From the NCBI GenBank assembly GCA_020891255.1, contig BQFW01000006.1:806001-870000 (forward strand): 64,000 nt of DNA. The letters are read 5' to 3'. This document shows positions 35,901-47,971 of this stretch, one piece after another; within the stretch, counting starts at the first letter, position 1; the number at the start of each line of letters is the position of its first letter. The notes under the pieces are model-generated. The model searched no databases. It worked only from the letters and a program-made list of their open reading frames with translations, and was not told the DNA's origin. Origin of the DNA: Entomortierella parvispora E1425 (Eukaryota; Fungi; Mortierellomycota). The translations under genes were made by a program, and so were the position numbers.

Positions 35901-36431
35901 AACCAAATGTAATTTGGGGAGTCAAATATCAGCGACTCTCGCAAGCAAGGGGCTTCCACAATCTACTCGATGAATTTGAAAAGATTTACCTTGCAGAGGT
36001 ATCACCCTTCGCTTCGGACCCGTCCACGGGGGGATCTCAATGACAATACTCACGTCCTTCTTGGACCCTCGGGTAAGGATGAGCGCACCAGAGGAGGAAT
36101 TCTGACTGGAGGATGGTGTATCTCGAATAGTTCCGTGTGATACTGAAATTGTCGGGGTGTCCTCGGGCGAGTTTAAACCAAGCCGGTCTTTCCTTCCTGC
36201 TGCATCGGAACTGCTTCTTCGTGCCTCGGTTTGGCTTGGATGTCTGTTGGAGGGAGGGCTTACACGGGATGACTGACCCTGATATAAACGAGTGTCGGCA
36301 GCTACATTGGATTCCTGTAACGCAGCAGGCTTATTCTGGCTATGAGTGGCCATTGAGGCAGACCCTTGCTCCAGGACAATGTCAACGTCCATGTCCATGT
36401 CTCCTTCCTTGCTCGACGGGGAAGGAACCAT
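32926..36431 (-). CDS. KDM3/JMJD1-type JmjC protein with Cys-rich zinc finger; catalytic residues degenerate; 3 exons
   Basis: CRSC...CRMAGFRFF, CEYCRRAIVSNYYMCSACGLGLCPGCY, FQARWAAGNVIV, EWP..DLMHALPLPDYTSPMGRFNLSRYFP, AVWDIF, YQRAGEAVMIPAG and LDFVSPE. Start taken at MVPSPSS (36431). Confidence 0.88.
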
Positions 36432-36800
36432 GGCGGGCGAAGAGCACTGCAAGGGCGTTGTCTGATTCAAAACGAGGTGGTAAGGAACTGCCTCAAGCTG
36501 GCTTTCGGAATGACGCAAAGCGCAGAAGAAGAGACGCAGAAGAGTCGATTCGGTAGAAGGACAGACGAGCGATGGAGAAGGGAAACTTCAAAGGATGCCT
36601 TTGGTGGAACAAAAAGAGCAGACGCGCCTTTCCAAGTTGGCCCCTTAACCTACTGCGTTCCTTGGCGCACACATGCATGGCTCAGGATCACCTTGTCTTC
36701 AGACAGTCGCCACAATTAGCATTCTTCAATCCCATTAACTGCCCCTTTCCCGTCTACCCTCCATTTCTTGTCCTGTGCCCTTGACCATAACAAAAAAATC

Positions 36801-37785
36801 ATGTCGCAATGGAATGTTGATGACCGTCGCAGTCGTGTCTGCCTGATACCCATTCCTAGGATGCCGAGCTGGGGACCGAAGACCAGAGAAGCAGGCGCCT
36901 ATATCTCAGGAGCATTGGTGAGACAGCATCTTCTGGCAGCTGTGAGCTCAGGATGTTCTGATGTTCTTGATCGTCATGAAGGCGGATGACTCTTCGTACC
37001 TGGATGCTGAATATACTCCTCCCCTTCGCTCTTTTTGATCCTTCCTCTAGTTTGCCATTGGATGGTGGTTCTTTATCGACTCGGTCGTCTACTCTAAGAA
37101 CTGGGATTATGGCAGAGACGGCGAAAAGCATGCGTCGATCGAGTTTGTGGACTGGGTTCCTGGCATTTGCAGCACCCTGGGTCTAATCATGTAAATGTCG
37201 TTGTCAAAGACAGCTGCGAGCGCGCGCAAAGCCTCTGCAGAGATGCGTAGCATTTGAACTAGAGAAGATGCACCTAACAGTTTTTTCTTTCTTTCACCAT
37301 AGCATCAATTGCGTCGATAAGGCCTCCCTTACTGGCGATTCGTTTACATTTTCCGATAGCGGATCCGTCAGTGTGCAGTGGATCGCACGTCTCTTTTTGT
37401 TTATTGGTTTTTCGTTCATGGCTGGAGGTCTCGCGGGATCGATAGTAAGTTAGATCTAAAGCGCGCGTGAGGAGCGTGTAATGATGTAATGAAATACGAT
37501 GGAATTTTATTAACCTTACCTTGCTTCCACAGTCCGTTATGTGCCTCAAGTATATTATCCCAGATTATGGAGAGGTTTTCACTTTCTGGGGTATTTGCAG
37601 TGTTGTACAGAATGCTGCCATCATGTTGAGGTAAAGATTACGAGTAGCTGTTACTGTCCAAAAGTGCTTTATCTGTCCTTCGAAGGCTGACCCTTTGGTT
37701 TTTCTGAACATTTGAACGTGGTAGTGCTGCGGTTCTATGGTTCTCACAAAACAGCTCTTCTGACGAGTACAACTTCTCGATCTAA
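36801..37785 (+). CDS. VPS68: Vacuolar protein sorting protein 68 (TMEM50 family); 5 exons
   Basis: Hand-spliced product: ...AGAYISGAL|FAIGWWFFIDSVVYS...FVDWVPGICSTLGLI|INCVDKASLTGDSF...ARLFLFIGFSFMAGGLAGSI|SVMCLKYI...QNAAIML|SAAVLWFSQNSSSDEYNFSI. Confidence 0.93.
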
Positions 37786-38239
37786 TTTAAAGGCAAACGT
37801 TGCAACTGCTCCAGAGGACAGCTGAACCAAGATACCAACCACCCTCCACACGAATAAAGCGCCACTAAAATGTCTGTACTGTCCACGTGACCAGCGTGGC
37901 TTTGATCATGTGTGACTGTTCAATGGTTGCCTAATGTTTGCTGCTGTGGAGCGTTCTTTGTCTCTTGCGGTCTTTGCTTGCTGCGTCCTTTTTCGTCCTT
38001 TCCACTCTCGACATCTTGCCCTCGGACTCGGACTCGGACAACCGACCGACCATTCGCGCCGGACAGTTACCATCGCCCTCCTCCTTCCATCCTGGACTTT
38101 GCTCTGTACCTTCATTCTCGTTTATTTTCCCATTCTCATCTCTCGCGACGTCCATTCGACTTTGCAAATACACCCTGCCTCTCTTTTCGCGCCTTCTCGT
38201 TGTCATATCGCCGGACACCAGGACACTGCATCCCCCCTC

Positions 38240-41200
38240 ATGCCAGAGGCCAACTTCTACCAGTCTTTCTGGTATAACAATAACCTTGTTCGTATCCCGA
38301 CCCATGTTCACCCAACATTGAGAAAGCCGTTTGTGATCTGGAGCGATATCGAGCATTGCTTCCCAGGCGCGACCAGAATTCAAAACGGCGACTGTTTTGT
38401 TCCTCTTCTTCGGGATGAGCGTCTCTACAGGCAAGTCAACACTTATTTTACTCCATACAGTATCGGCAACCAGCCCATTGATATAGACCGGGGGACCGAT
38501 TTGATTCTTGTTGTCTGCGGCTCTTATCCACAATTCAGAACAAGCGACAGCCTGGCTGACTATTCGCGATTTGTTTTTAATAGATGCAAGCCACATGGGA
38601 TCGGATATATCCCCGACGTTGTTTTGACCGTTGTCTGTGAAGCAGACGCAAGCAAAGGAAAACAGCCTTCACGGAGTAGACAAATCGCTGGCCCAGCGAA
38701 GACTACTGCCGTCGAATCCGCCATCCCAGAAGTCGATACCTTCGATATCATATCAACAGATGCGGCGCCGGAACATGGACCATTGCAACGTCAAACCGGC
38801 CCGCTGTTCGAGAAGACCCTAGCGGACAGGATGATGGATATGACAGCAGAGATTGTTAGAGCGGCAGCCCGATCTAAGCAGCCGGAAGCGCGTTCAGGAC
38901 AACACACTCCCAAAACATCTGTTGACGACGATGATGAAGGTGACGACAGCAGCAACAATGATAGCTCACTTCTTGATGTCGATATCTCTGGAATGGTGGC
39001 TTCCATGGTCCAGGATGCCTTGACTCCATTTTTGAACGACATGGGCAAACGCTGCGCGTCTTTAGATTCGATTCTGGAAAAGGTGGCTTCTCAAGCCATG
39101 TTGACACAAGAACAGGATACTCAGTCGATCGCAATCAAACCAAAAGTGCCAGTCGTTAACGGTACTTCTGAGACTCCCGCCATTCAGCAGCACCCGAAAA
39201 AACCATCTGCCAAGCCTCTTACCGTTAGCGCACTTATGACTGCACCCTCACCAGTTTCCACTTCAAGCCCTTCGGCGACCAAAGACACAAGTGGCTCTCC
39301 GAATGTTGGATCAGTAGATGTCAATAATGCAGTGAAGGATACTTCGACAGCTATTAATCACGATACGCGTGCTAATGGACCGGGAAAAACACCTGCGACT
39401 ACTGGAATGGAAAGCAATGGGAATAATAAGCCAGCTACCGCCGCCCTTGACGATAAAGTTGGCACTCTCGTGCGGTCCGCCAAGGCAGTGAAGCCCATTG
39501 GGGGAGCTGTGAATAAGCATCAAGGAAAGCCCAGCCCGTTGAGGATTGAAGATATTGTGATGCATCGAGGCAAGGAGATCCTTGCAAAGCGATATAACTG
39601 GATTGAAAGTCCCTGCTCAAAGCTCTTTTACATCCTGCCCCGGAGGGAGGACGTGAGCTCGGCTCTGATCAACAATATGACGTGGCACGACTTCGACGTT
39701 CATTTCCTGTGTGATTGTGGTGACATTGTGGCTCCAGGAAAGTCGGCGTCGGCTAGACCAGCCTTACCTCACAGAGAACCCAGCAATGGCCATCAGCTGC
39801 TCAAGGAGGCCAAGGCATTTGGACCATATTTGATGGCAGTCCTGGAGATGTTGGAATATGGTGTGACGATCGACGGAGAAGTCAAGGTTCGCGCTCTCAC
39901 GCAAATGAACGAACGCAAAATGGTCATGTACTCGATGGCGTTTTTGATGCTGCAAGGAGTCAAGGCCAGTCACCAATTCTCCACGGAAGGTTGCCAGTCA
40001 TTGGATGAGATCAAGCCAGTGGCGCCTCTTTCTGATATTGATCTGTTGGACTTGTACACGACCCGGATCAACACTGGAAAGCCCTATGGAAAGGACTATG
40101 CTATCAGAACGGATCAGGGTGACATTCGTTGGATCTGCTCCTACCATCGACGTGAACTCTTTCCCGACTTCAAGACCGACTCGATAACCGATTTTGTAAA
40201 TGCTCCAGAAAACAAGAAGAGCTCCTGGGATCCCGAAACTGGGACACTCTTTGCTCTTCTCCAGTCAAAGGAACAAGCAAGATCGTTTTACCAAAGACTG
40301 CCCGACATGTCAATGGTTTTGGTTCTTACAGTCTTTTTGGACTGGGATCTCTCCGAGGAGGATGAACTTCATCTTCAGCTCATGATTCCCCAGCTCACCT
40401 GTGCCTGTGTCAAGATCATGGTCCCTGAACGAGAGGAGGAGGAACATGATGTAATTCCGGGTTTTGGACATGGATTTTTTGGTGCCATTTTGGCCGCTAT
40501 TTTCAACACCAATATCCAAGCTTTCTCGATCGAAAAGAGGTTGCCAGAGGATGGACTGGAGCGACCCTGCGAATTTATGGAATTCAGGAGTTCGTCTCTT
40601 TACCTGGACCCTGTCATGGCGAGGTTCACGCGATCTTCAAGAGATCTTGGCATCGAGCTTGGATTATTGGTGACAGATATCGACCATGCAGTTGTCTCGA
40701 TCAGAGAGGGTCTGGGTGGATACTTCCTGTCCAAACTCACTCTTGAAGCTCCCCATTGGGAACGGGTCCAAATTCATTTCGGAGACAGCGAAGGAGACAT
40801 CCCAGATAAGGGCTGTAAGCAGGAGTCGGAAATTGAGTTTTTCAACCGACGATCGCACGACGTTATCACTATCCGGACCTACGAATCACCCAATGTTCTT
40901 TTACTGCAAACCCATTGCCTGAAGGATGTCAGCATCCGATTTACTTTCCCAGCGGATGGACCACGGATCCGAGAAATGATCAAGAACAATATCAAGTTGC
41001 AGCGAATCGAACTCGTCATCAGCAACGTGGACGACCCTTGCCAAATCTTTGAGTATTTCAAGGCAGTCATGACCAACCACCCAAGTCTAGAGTACTTTCA
41101 ACTCGATCGAGACCGCGTCATGGATGGAAAATCCAACTTTGTGTGGAGTGGAGTCGCTGACAGAGCCAAGATGACACTTGCCATTCAAAGCGACGCCGAT

Positions 41201-41965
41201 GACAAGATTGGGTCGTTGCTGCAAAAGTATGGCACCAGTCTTTACAAGCTATGGATCCACGGCATCAGCAACCAGGATGCTGCCATTCTGGAGAAGGTCA
41301 CTCGAACTCGCAAAACTCAGCTCAAGTTGACAGCCATTACACTCTGTGACGCCTGCTCTTCCATTCCTCAGCAGGCACTAGACGATCTGGCCAAGGTCGT
41401 GCTTCGGACACCGCTGACGAAATTTGCCATCACCGGCACAGTAATTGCGCGTATGGCTCCTAGACTGGCTGACTTTATGACGACCGTGGCACCCAAAATC
41501 ACTGGAATTCATCTCTTTGGAGAACAGAGCAAAGCGATTGTGACAGAGTTGGCCAAGCGCGCACCCGACTCTGCCAATATGAATTTGTTGACAGAACTCA
41601 AGATTGGCGGACCTTTTGATGCGGCCACCAAGGATCTGACCTGGTTCAAGGCCTTGTTCAACAACAATGTTCCATTGACCATGTTTGAGCTCCGGAAAGT
41701 GAACTTGAGCCACCAGGGATGGATGACATTGGCTCAAGAGGTAGACTTTAAACGTCTGCACTACTTTAGAGTGGCACCTGAAGTCCCATTGAAATCAGAA
41801 GCAATCTCGGCATTTGTGATGGCGGTCCCGGATCAGAGCGAACTGGAGAACTTCCATCTGGATACGGACGGGCACAGCGAAAACGAGTGCCTGGCCTACA
41901 AATTAATGCTTGAGCCACGTTTGAAGAAGAATACGGCGCTGGTCAGCATTGGACGCTACTACTAG
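38240..41965 (+). CDS. Large protein: N-terminal module, disordered linker, COR-like domain and LRR-like repeats (paralogue 1)
   Basis: Start MPEANFYQSF at 38240. Probable GC-AG intron 38431-38583. KLFYILP...FDVHFLCDCG...FGPYLMAVLEMLEYG, DIRWICSYH and repeated LxxLxL-like segments in the C-terminal half. Confidence 0.85.
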   Translation: MPEANFYQSFWYNNNLVRIPTHVHPTLRKPFVIWSDIEHCFPGATRIQNGDCFVPLLRDERLYRQVNTYFTPYSIGNQPIDIDRGTDLILVVCGSYPQFRTSDSLADYSRFVFNRCKPHGIGYIPDVVLTVVCEADASKGKQPSRSRQIAGPAKTTAVESAIPEVDTFDIISTDAAPEHGPLQRQTGPLFEKTLADRMMDMTAEIVRAAARSKQPEARSGQHTPKTSVDDDDEGDDSSNNDSSLLDVDISGMVASMVQDALTPFLNDMGKRCASLDSILEKVASQAMLTQEQDTQSIAIKPKVPVVNGTSETPAIQQHPKKPSAKPLTVSALMTAPSPVSTSSPSATKDTSGSPNVGSVDVNNAVKDTSTAINHDTRANGPGKTPATTGMESNGNNKPATAALDDKVGTLVRSAKAVKPIGGAVNKHQGKPSPLRIEDIVMHRGKEILAKRYNWIESPCSKLFYILPRREDVSSALINNMTWHDFDVHFLCDCGDIVAPGKSASARPALPHREPSNGHQLLKEAKAFGPYLMAVLEMLEYGVTIDGEVKVRALTQMNERKMVMYSMAFLMLQGVKASHQFSTEGCQSLDEIKPVAPLSDIDLLDLYTTRINTGKPYGKDYAIRTDQGDIRWICSYHRRELFPDFKTDSITDFVNAPENKKSSWDPETGTLFALLQSKEQARSFYQRLPDMSMVLVLTVFLDWDLSEEDELHLQLMIPQLTCACVKIMVPEREEEEHDVIPGFGHGFFGAILAAIFNTNIQAFSIEKRLPEDGLERPCEFMEFRSSSLYLDPVMARFTRSSRDLGIELGLLVTDIDHAVVSIREGLGGYFLSKLTLEAPHWERVQIHFGDSEGDIPDKGCKQESEIEFFNRRSHDVITIRTYESPNVLLLQTHCLKDVSIRFTFPADGPRIREMIKNNIKLQRIELVISNVDDPCQIFEYFKAVMTNHPSLEYFQLDRDRVMDGKSNFVWSGVADRAKMTLAIQSDADDKIGSLLQKYGTSLYKLWIHGISNQDAAILEKVTRTRKTQLKLTAITLCDACSSIPQQALDDLAKVVLRTPLTKFAITGTVIARMAPRLADFMTTVAPKITGIHLFGEQSKAIVTELAKRAPDSANMNLLTELKIGGPFDAATKDLTWFKALFNNNVPLTMFELRKVNLSHQGWMTLAQEVDFKRLHYFRVAPEVPLKSEAISAFVMAVPDQSELENFHLDTDGHSENECLAYKLMLEPRLKKNTALVSIGRYY

Positions 41966-42187
41966 ATGCAGCAATATGAAGGATGCATGAAGAGCAATAA
42001 AACTAACAAATAAACAAAATGAATGCCAGGAAGCGCTGGTCACAAACACACAGACAGGTCTGTGCGAGGGACTTAAGAACACTCATCACGTGCAGGGACC
42101 ATGCTCTTTGCTTTATTAATCATCCCATTCTTCTACTTTCTTCTACTATTCCAAGCTCATCCATCTACTCATCCCACTCCGCGGCCA

Positions 42188-43060
42188 ATGACAGATCCAC
42201 TCTCAGATGAAGATCTGTGCCATCAAACCTTCCGTGCACGAGGATCTCTTGTCCGAATTGCCGTCGTGCTCAATCCATCTACTGGCGAAAACTATGTCAT
42301 TTGGACCGACATCGAAGACTGCTTTCCCAACGTGCTTCGCGTCCAGCACGGCGACCGCTACGTCCCAATGCTTCGAGATAGCAATCTCTATCGGTAAGAC
42401 TTGCCTCATGTGTTTAGATTCTCCCTATTTATATTGCATTTGTTCTCAAATTGGGGTTTTCTGGGGAGGGAGAAGGAGAAGAATCCTTCAAATTTTCGAG
42501 TTTTGAAAATTTGAGTTGACATGTCTGTTAATGCAGGCCCGAGAATGCTTTTGCCCTAACGCTGATATTTTGTCCTTTCAATTTCTTGATGTATAGTGTG
42601 CGGCCTCATGGTATCAGGCACCATCCAGGCGTTATTCTAGATATCATCTACAAGGACGATCAATGTACGGTAGCACCTCTGAAGGAGGAGCAAGAGAATT
42701 CCAAGATCCCTACGCCGACGACAACAGCAACGACTAATCAGGGGTCTATCACGGCTGCCGCAGCTGCAACACCTACAACAACCACCACTGGCGCCAATGG
42801 CTCAGCTTCCTCACCCGTCAAAAGCAAGCGCCCTGAGCCCCCGAGACCGTTCCCACAGCACTTTTATCAATTTCAGCAGCAAAAGATGCAGGAGCTGCAA
42901 CAGGACCAGGACCAACAGCAACAACAGCAACAACAGTTGCAGCAACTCCAGGGACGGCTCCAACAGCAGCAGATTCAGCAGCAACTGCTGCAACAACAAC
43001 ACGATAAATTATTGCGTACTCGCTTGCCATCGCAAACACAAGAACAACAACAACAACAGC

Positions 43061-43094
<34 letters not shown>

Positions 43095-46000
43095 GCAGCA
43101 GCAGCAGCCCCAATCATCCACAGCTTTGAATTCAGCCGTGCCTCTCCCTCCTCCCCGACCTGATACGCCATACGTTGAATCTGAGGAAGCCCACGACTTG
43201 AGCGATGAAGGCTCGGACGTCAAGTCTGAGGACCTTGTAGAAAACACCCATTCCCTGGACGAATCGTTCTCTGCGGAGTCCTCTCGTGTTTCTTCTCCCC
43301 ACAGAACCGAGTGCTCCTCTGGAGATGAGGACGAAGAAGACGATGAGGAAGGCGAAGAGGATTGGGAGGTCGACGACGATAGCGAAACCAAAGACGATGA
43401 TGTCATTCATGTGGAGGAACTAAATGCAAATAACGATGCATCGGACGGCGTAATAGCAAAAGTCATCGACCAGAACACAAGCAATGGCATCAAGGTAGTC
43501 ACCAGGTCTGAGAATGAAGCGCGTCTGCTGGATGAAAATTCTCAGGGGAAGACTGATAGTCCGAGCAATAGGAAAGCCAGTGGAGAAGAGCACATGGCTG
43601 CTCGAAAGAAGGAAATGGAAGACTTGATCGCGACAACTATCCGAAAGAAGGAGACGGAAAAGATGGAAGCACTCGCCATGACCTTGGGATGGAGATCCAA
43701 TATGCCAGGCCGGCCTCTCAATGTGAACAGCGACCATGATTTGATCTTGGAAATCATTGGAAATCGTGTCCGAGATATTGTGGACCGACGATACCGGTGG
43801 GCTGAGAGCCTTTTACCAAAGTTCTTTATCCCTGTCAGGAGCAACACTACCGAAACGGGACTGGAGGAGAACCAGGCGGGGATCCGACTCGAGGCCATGG
43901 ATTTTGTGATCCAATTCTGCTGTGATTGTGGCGAGATATCAGGCAACCACGACCCCAAGCGGACATGGAACCCGCATTGCAGACTCTCGGGCGATGCATA
44001 CCAGATTAAGCCAAAGCATTTCGTTGAGTTTATCGATATCTATGGTGAATACATGATGGCTGTCTTGGAAATGTTTCTCTATGGCGCCTACTTGGATGAC
44101 AATCGACGGATCGTGGCCTACAATCTGGACCTGCACCTGCGACGAGTCCTTTCGATCTCCATCCTGTTCTTGAAGAGTTACGGCATCGAAACAAGCATGG
44201 ACATCTTAAACCGGACCAGGAACATGTCATACAAGGAGCGTGCCGCGGCCACTCCTCGTGTCCCGACATTGGAGCCCTCTCAAGACTTTGATCAGCTGAT
44301 GCGTTTTATTGGATTGCGTCGGCCACTCCAGGATATGAACATGGTCATGACCGACGATCGGGATGCACGTTGGGTCTGTGGATCACATCTCTATGGACTG
44401 AAGCCGAAGGGGCCGATCCCTGAGGCATGTGTGTTTGGCTCTAATCCGCAATCGCAAAAGTCTTGCTACAACACGCCCATGAGTGGATATCGCGCCGTAA
44501 TCAGGACTCCAGAAAGAGCGCGGGATTTTTACCGAATGATCCCAGACCTGGACATTGCTGTAACCCGTCTCTATCTCCTCTGGGATCCGAATGCAGAGGA
44601 ACAATTCGAGTTGACCGAAGCGATTTCAAAATCCAGATCTGTAGCTGTCACAGTCGAAGTGAGTTTTGCGGGCAAGATTCTTGAGCATTCAATCTCGAGT
44701 TACGAGAGAGGCGTGAACCATGGCATGGGCCAGATCTTGATCGCCGCCCTTCAGAACAAGAACATTGAGGTGTTTGATTTTACTGCCGCCAAAGCGGACT
44801 ATCCAGCAATTCACAACAATGACGAGCTCTTGATTTCTGAGCACAGTGCCGGCATGAGCAGTATTGCATCATTTAAGCGAGATGTACGGTCAGGTCGGAT
44901 TGCACTCAAAGCCAAGATCATTGACGTCGATGAGGCGGTTGCAAACTTGCGACGGGCGGTGAAGGGGTTCCACCACCTTTCAGAACTGGAGCTTAGGATC
45001 GATTCTGTATGGGATTTTGTCACAGTCAAGTTTGCAGAACCAGAAGAGGTTTTGAAGGTCAAGGGCCAGGTCGAGGACAAGGAATACCTGACCGATGGTA
45101 AAGTTGCCAATTTCTTTGAGAGACGTGGATATGTCGACCAAGTTGATTACTCGGTCCATACTTTCGGCGACAACATGTTCTTGCATTCGAACATGTTAAC
45201 GGATGTTCAAATCTCGTTTGCGCTGCTGAGGGACCGTGATCGAGTCCGCAAGATGTTGAGAGACAACAAGAAGCTCAAGAAACTGGGGTTCGAGAACGGG
45301 ACCTTGGACGACCCCAGTCAAATCTATGAGGCTTTCAAGTCGCTGATATGCAACCACCCAGCTCTGGAATCATTCATGATCCGTCAGCGTAACGGAGTCG
45401 GTCGAGTATCAGAGTTCAAGTGGCGCAACTTTCAGGATCCCAAAAAGATGGAGGTGGACATTCGCGCTTGGACCAACGACAAGATTGGATCGATGCTCCA
45501 AAAGTACGCAACCTCGATCAACCTTTTCCAATTCCATGGCCTGACCGAGGCCAACGCCAACATCCTGGAGAGGTCATTCCGACCCAAGAAAGGACCTTTC
45601 AAGTTAAAGATGTTTGTGATCTATGAACCTCATCTTATGGACCCGAACGCTGTTGAGATTGTCCAGAAAGTCGTTCTCAGAGCCGAGAATGTCAAAGACG
45701 TGAGGATTATCGGTGATGTTCCCTTGCCCAAGAAGAACGCCTCAAATCCACCACATGTCATCTATACCGATATGATACTGGCTCTCCGATCCCGAGTGAC
45801 AGACATTTCGGTTTGGGGCAAGGGTACAGACAAAATGTTGGCTCGTCTGGCAGAGTATCCTAGATCGGTCGAGCTGCCACTATTGACAGGGCTTTCCATC
45901 AGTGGGTTGACCGAGAAGCAAGGTTTCGTGGACGCGAAAAATGGATATAAATGGATCTTGTCTCTCCTGATCTATAAGACACCTTTGGACAAGAAGCCTA

Positions 46001-46887
46001 TGCCTTCTGAAGATGGAAAGATGGTGTTTAACAAGGAAGGAGATCTACTCTATCTTGACGCGAACGACGACAACAACGAACAGCTGGATGAAAAGAGCCA
46101 GGACCACGCTACAGCCTTGGAAAAGAGGAACATGGATAGCAAGAAACAGGAGGGCTCAGTCCTCTCTCGACCTGTCCGATACCTTTACCAAAAATACAAG
46201 ATTCGGCCCCTGGAGATTTTCAGCTTCACGGATGTCTGGGTCTCGGCTGAAGAGTGGAAGACCATTCTGCAGATCGTGGATTGGTCCACCATTACGTCCT
46301 TCAAACTCCATCAACGAAACCCAATGGATGCCACTGTTCTCAAGTACTTCAAGCAGTTCATCCCAATTCCAATCACCAGCAAAATGAGCACCTTCGCGAT
46401 CCAGGGTGAAGGTCCCTCTGGAACCGAGATTTGTGAATGCCTTGATGACCTCGAGGACGTGTTCTTGCACGACAGGACAGCGATGAAACACCGCAAGTAC
46501 CAGTTGCAGCTGACTCAATTGCAGAGTCAGGACTTGTTGCTTCAGGAGCAACAGAATCAAGAACAGTTGTTGCTCCCGTCCAGCGAGGAAATGGACACAG
46601 CGGCGTTGGAGCAATTGAAAAAGTCGATGAAGTTGTTCAAGCTTTATGATCCTGGCGAGACCTGGCGACAGGGACAGGAGCAGGCGCTGTTGCACTTGAC
46701 GAAGGAGTATGAGGAGGAACTAAAGCTAGAACGGCGCCTCAAGTTGTTGGAGCAGCGAGAGGGTCTGACCACTGTCAAGGAACCATCTTCGAGAACGGAT
46801 CCCAAACGTAACAGGCACCACTATGTCAAGGACCGATGGGCCGGTCTCAGGCCCACAGCTATCATCATCAACGGCTATATCGTTTAA
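42188..46887 (+). CDS. Paralogue 2 of the same family with poly-Q and acidic linker; exons 42188-42393 and 42597-46887
   Basis: Same N-terminal module (VIWTDIEDCFP...VPMLRDSNLYR|VRPHGIRHHPGVILDII), FVIQFCCDCG...YGEYMMAVLEMFLYG, DARWVCGSH and LRR-like C-terminal half. Confidence 0.88.
43045..43107 (+). repeat. CAA/CAG trinucleotide repeat encoding about 21 Gln
   Basis: Near-perfect CAA run ending in CAG units, inside the coding region. A further Q-rich tract lies at about 42880-43000. Confidence 0.95.
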
Positions 46888-47173
46888 ACGTATGAAGCCT
46901 GCGTTCACGACAAGAAGAATAAATGTCTCATTTTCTACGAAGATAAAAGGATCATCGTCACCTGCATTGCCTGACAGCGTTCCCTATGTAAACCAAGTGG
47001 GACACCCTTTTTTTTTTTTTTTTTTTTTTTGAAGAGACCCCCCCCCCCCCCCAAAAAAAAGACGCACATACTTTGTGCAGGAGGGGTGTCAGGCATTTCG
47101 GGCAGCTCGAGTAGTGAAGGCCCAAAAGAGTCCAAGCATCAACTGCACGAGCAGCAAAAGCCAAAAAATCGAA

Positions 47174-47246
47174 TGGAGAATGAGAGACTTGAACTCCCGA
47201 CCTTCCGCTTTGGAGACGGACGCGCTGCCAATTGCGCCAATCCTCC
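47174..47246 (-). tRNA. tRNA-Trp (anticodon CCA)
   Basis: 73 nt: acceptor GGAGGAT/ATTCTCC, anticodon arm TCCGT-CTCCAAA-GCGGA, T arm GGGAG-TTCAAGT-CTCTC, discriminator A. Confidence 0.96.
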
Positions 47247-47971
47247 TGAGGCAACCAGATCCTAGGACCTGATTGGCTATTATTCGATAAAGCTCTCTAG
47301 CCGCCGGAGGTCTTTCAATTTGTGCAAGCCAAGCTTTATCACGTGATAAATACATCACGTGAAACGCTCGCCCTCCTGAGAGGGCGGGAGGCCGTGTGGC
47401 AGTTCACTCTTCAGCCCAATGCTAGTCATAAAACACAAATATGAATATCCACTTGGATCAGGGAAGAGTTGGAGTGGATATCAGAAGGTAAAACAGAGCA
47501 AACATTGAGAAAAAATATAGATGAATAGCTACAAACAAAGGAAAAAAAAAAATAAAATAAAATAAAAAAAGTGCCCAAATCAACTTTCTGCTGGCGTTTG
47601 GCATGAAATGGTGTGTCCTGGTGTCCTACACGTTTTGAAGAGCTTTGAAGAAAAAGCAGCACCAAATTAAGCAAAAGACGAGATATTATATCCCGTCTGT
47701 ACTTGATGCAATGAACAAGTACAAAAGTAGCTTGAGCTACATTCGAGTGTTGGCTGTTGACATTTTATCACAAGATGTAAAATAAGTAGTTGTTGACAGC
47801 AGTGGATGAACCCACTGTACAAAATTTCCTAAGGACATTTATTCTTATTCGATTTTATTTATATTTCATGATGTCGCAGACATGGCTCCATGGAAAAAAG
47901 TCACTGCTGCGCCCAAAACTCTCTGAATAAACTAAGGGTTGGCCTCAGTCATAGCCCATTGTCCTGCAGCA

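Noticed and set aside
37934-38239. N-terminal 102 aa of the 1343-aa ORF
   Set aside because: Alignment with paralogue 2 places the start at 38240. The upstream part looks like UTR.
42797-43410. Antisense and alternate-frame ORFs with poly-Cys, poly-Val, poly-Leu or poly-Asn
   Set aside because: Shadows of the CAA/CAG repeat in the real gene.
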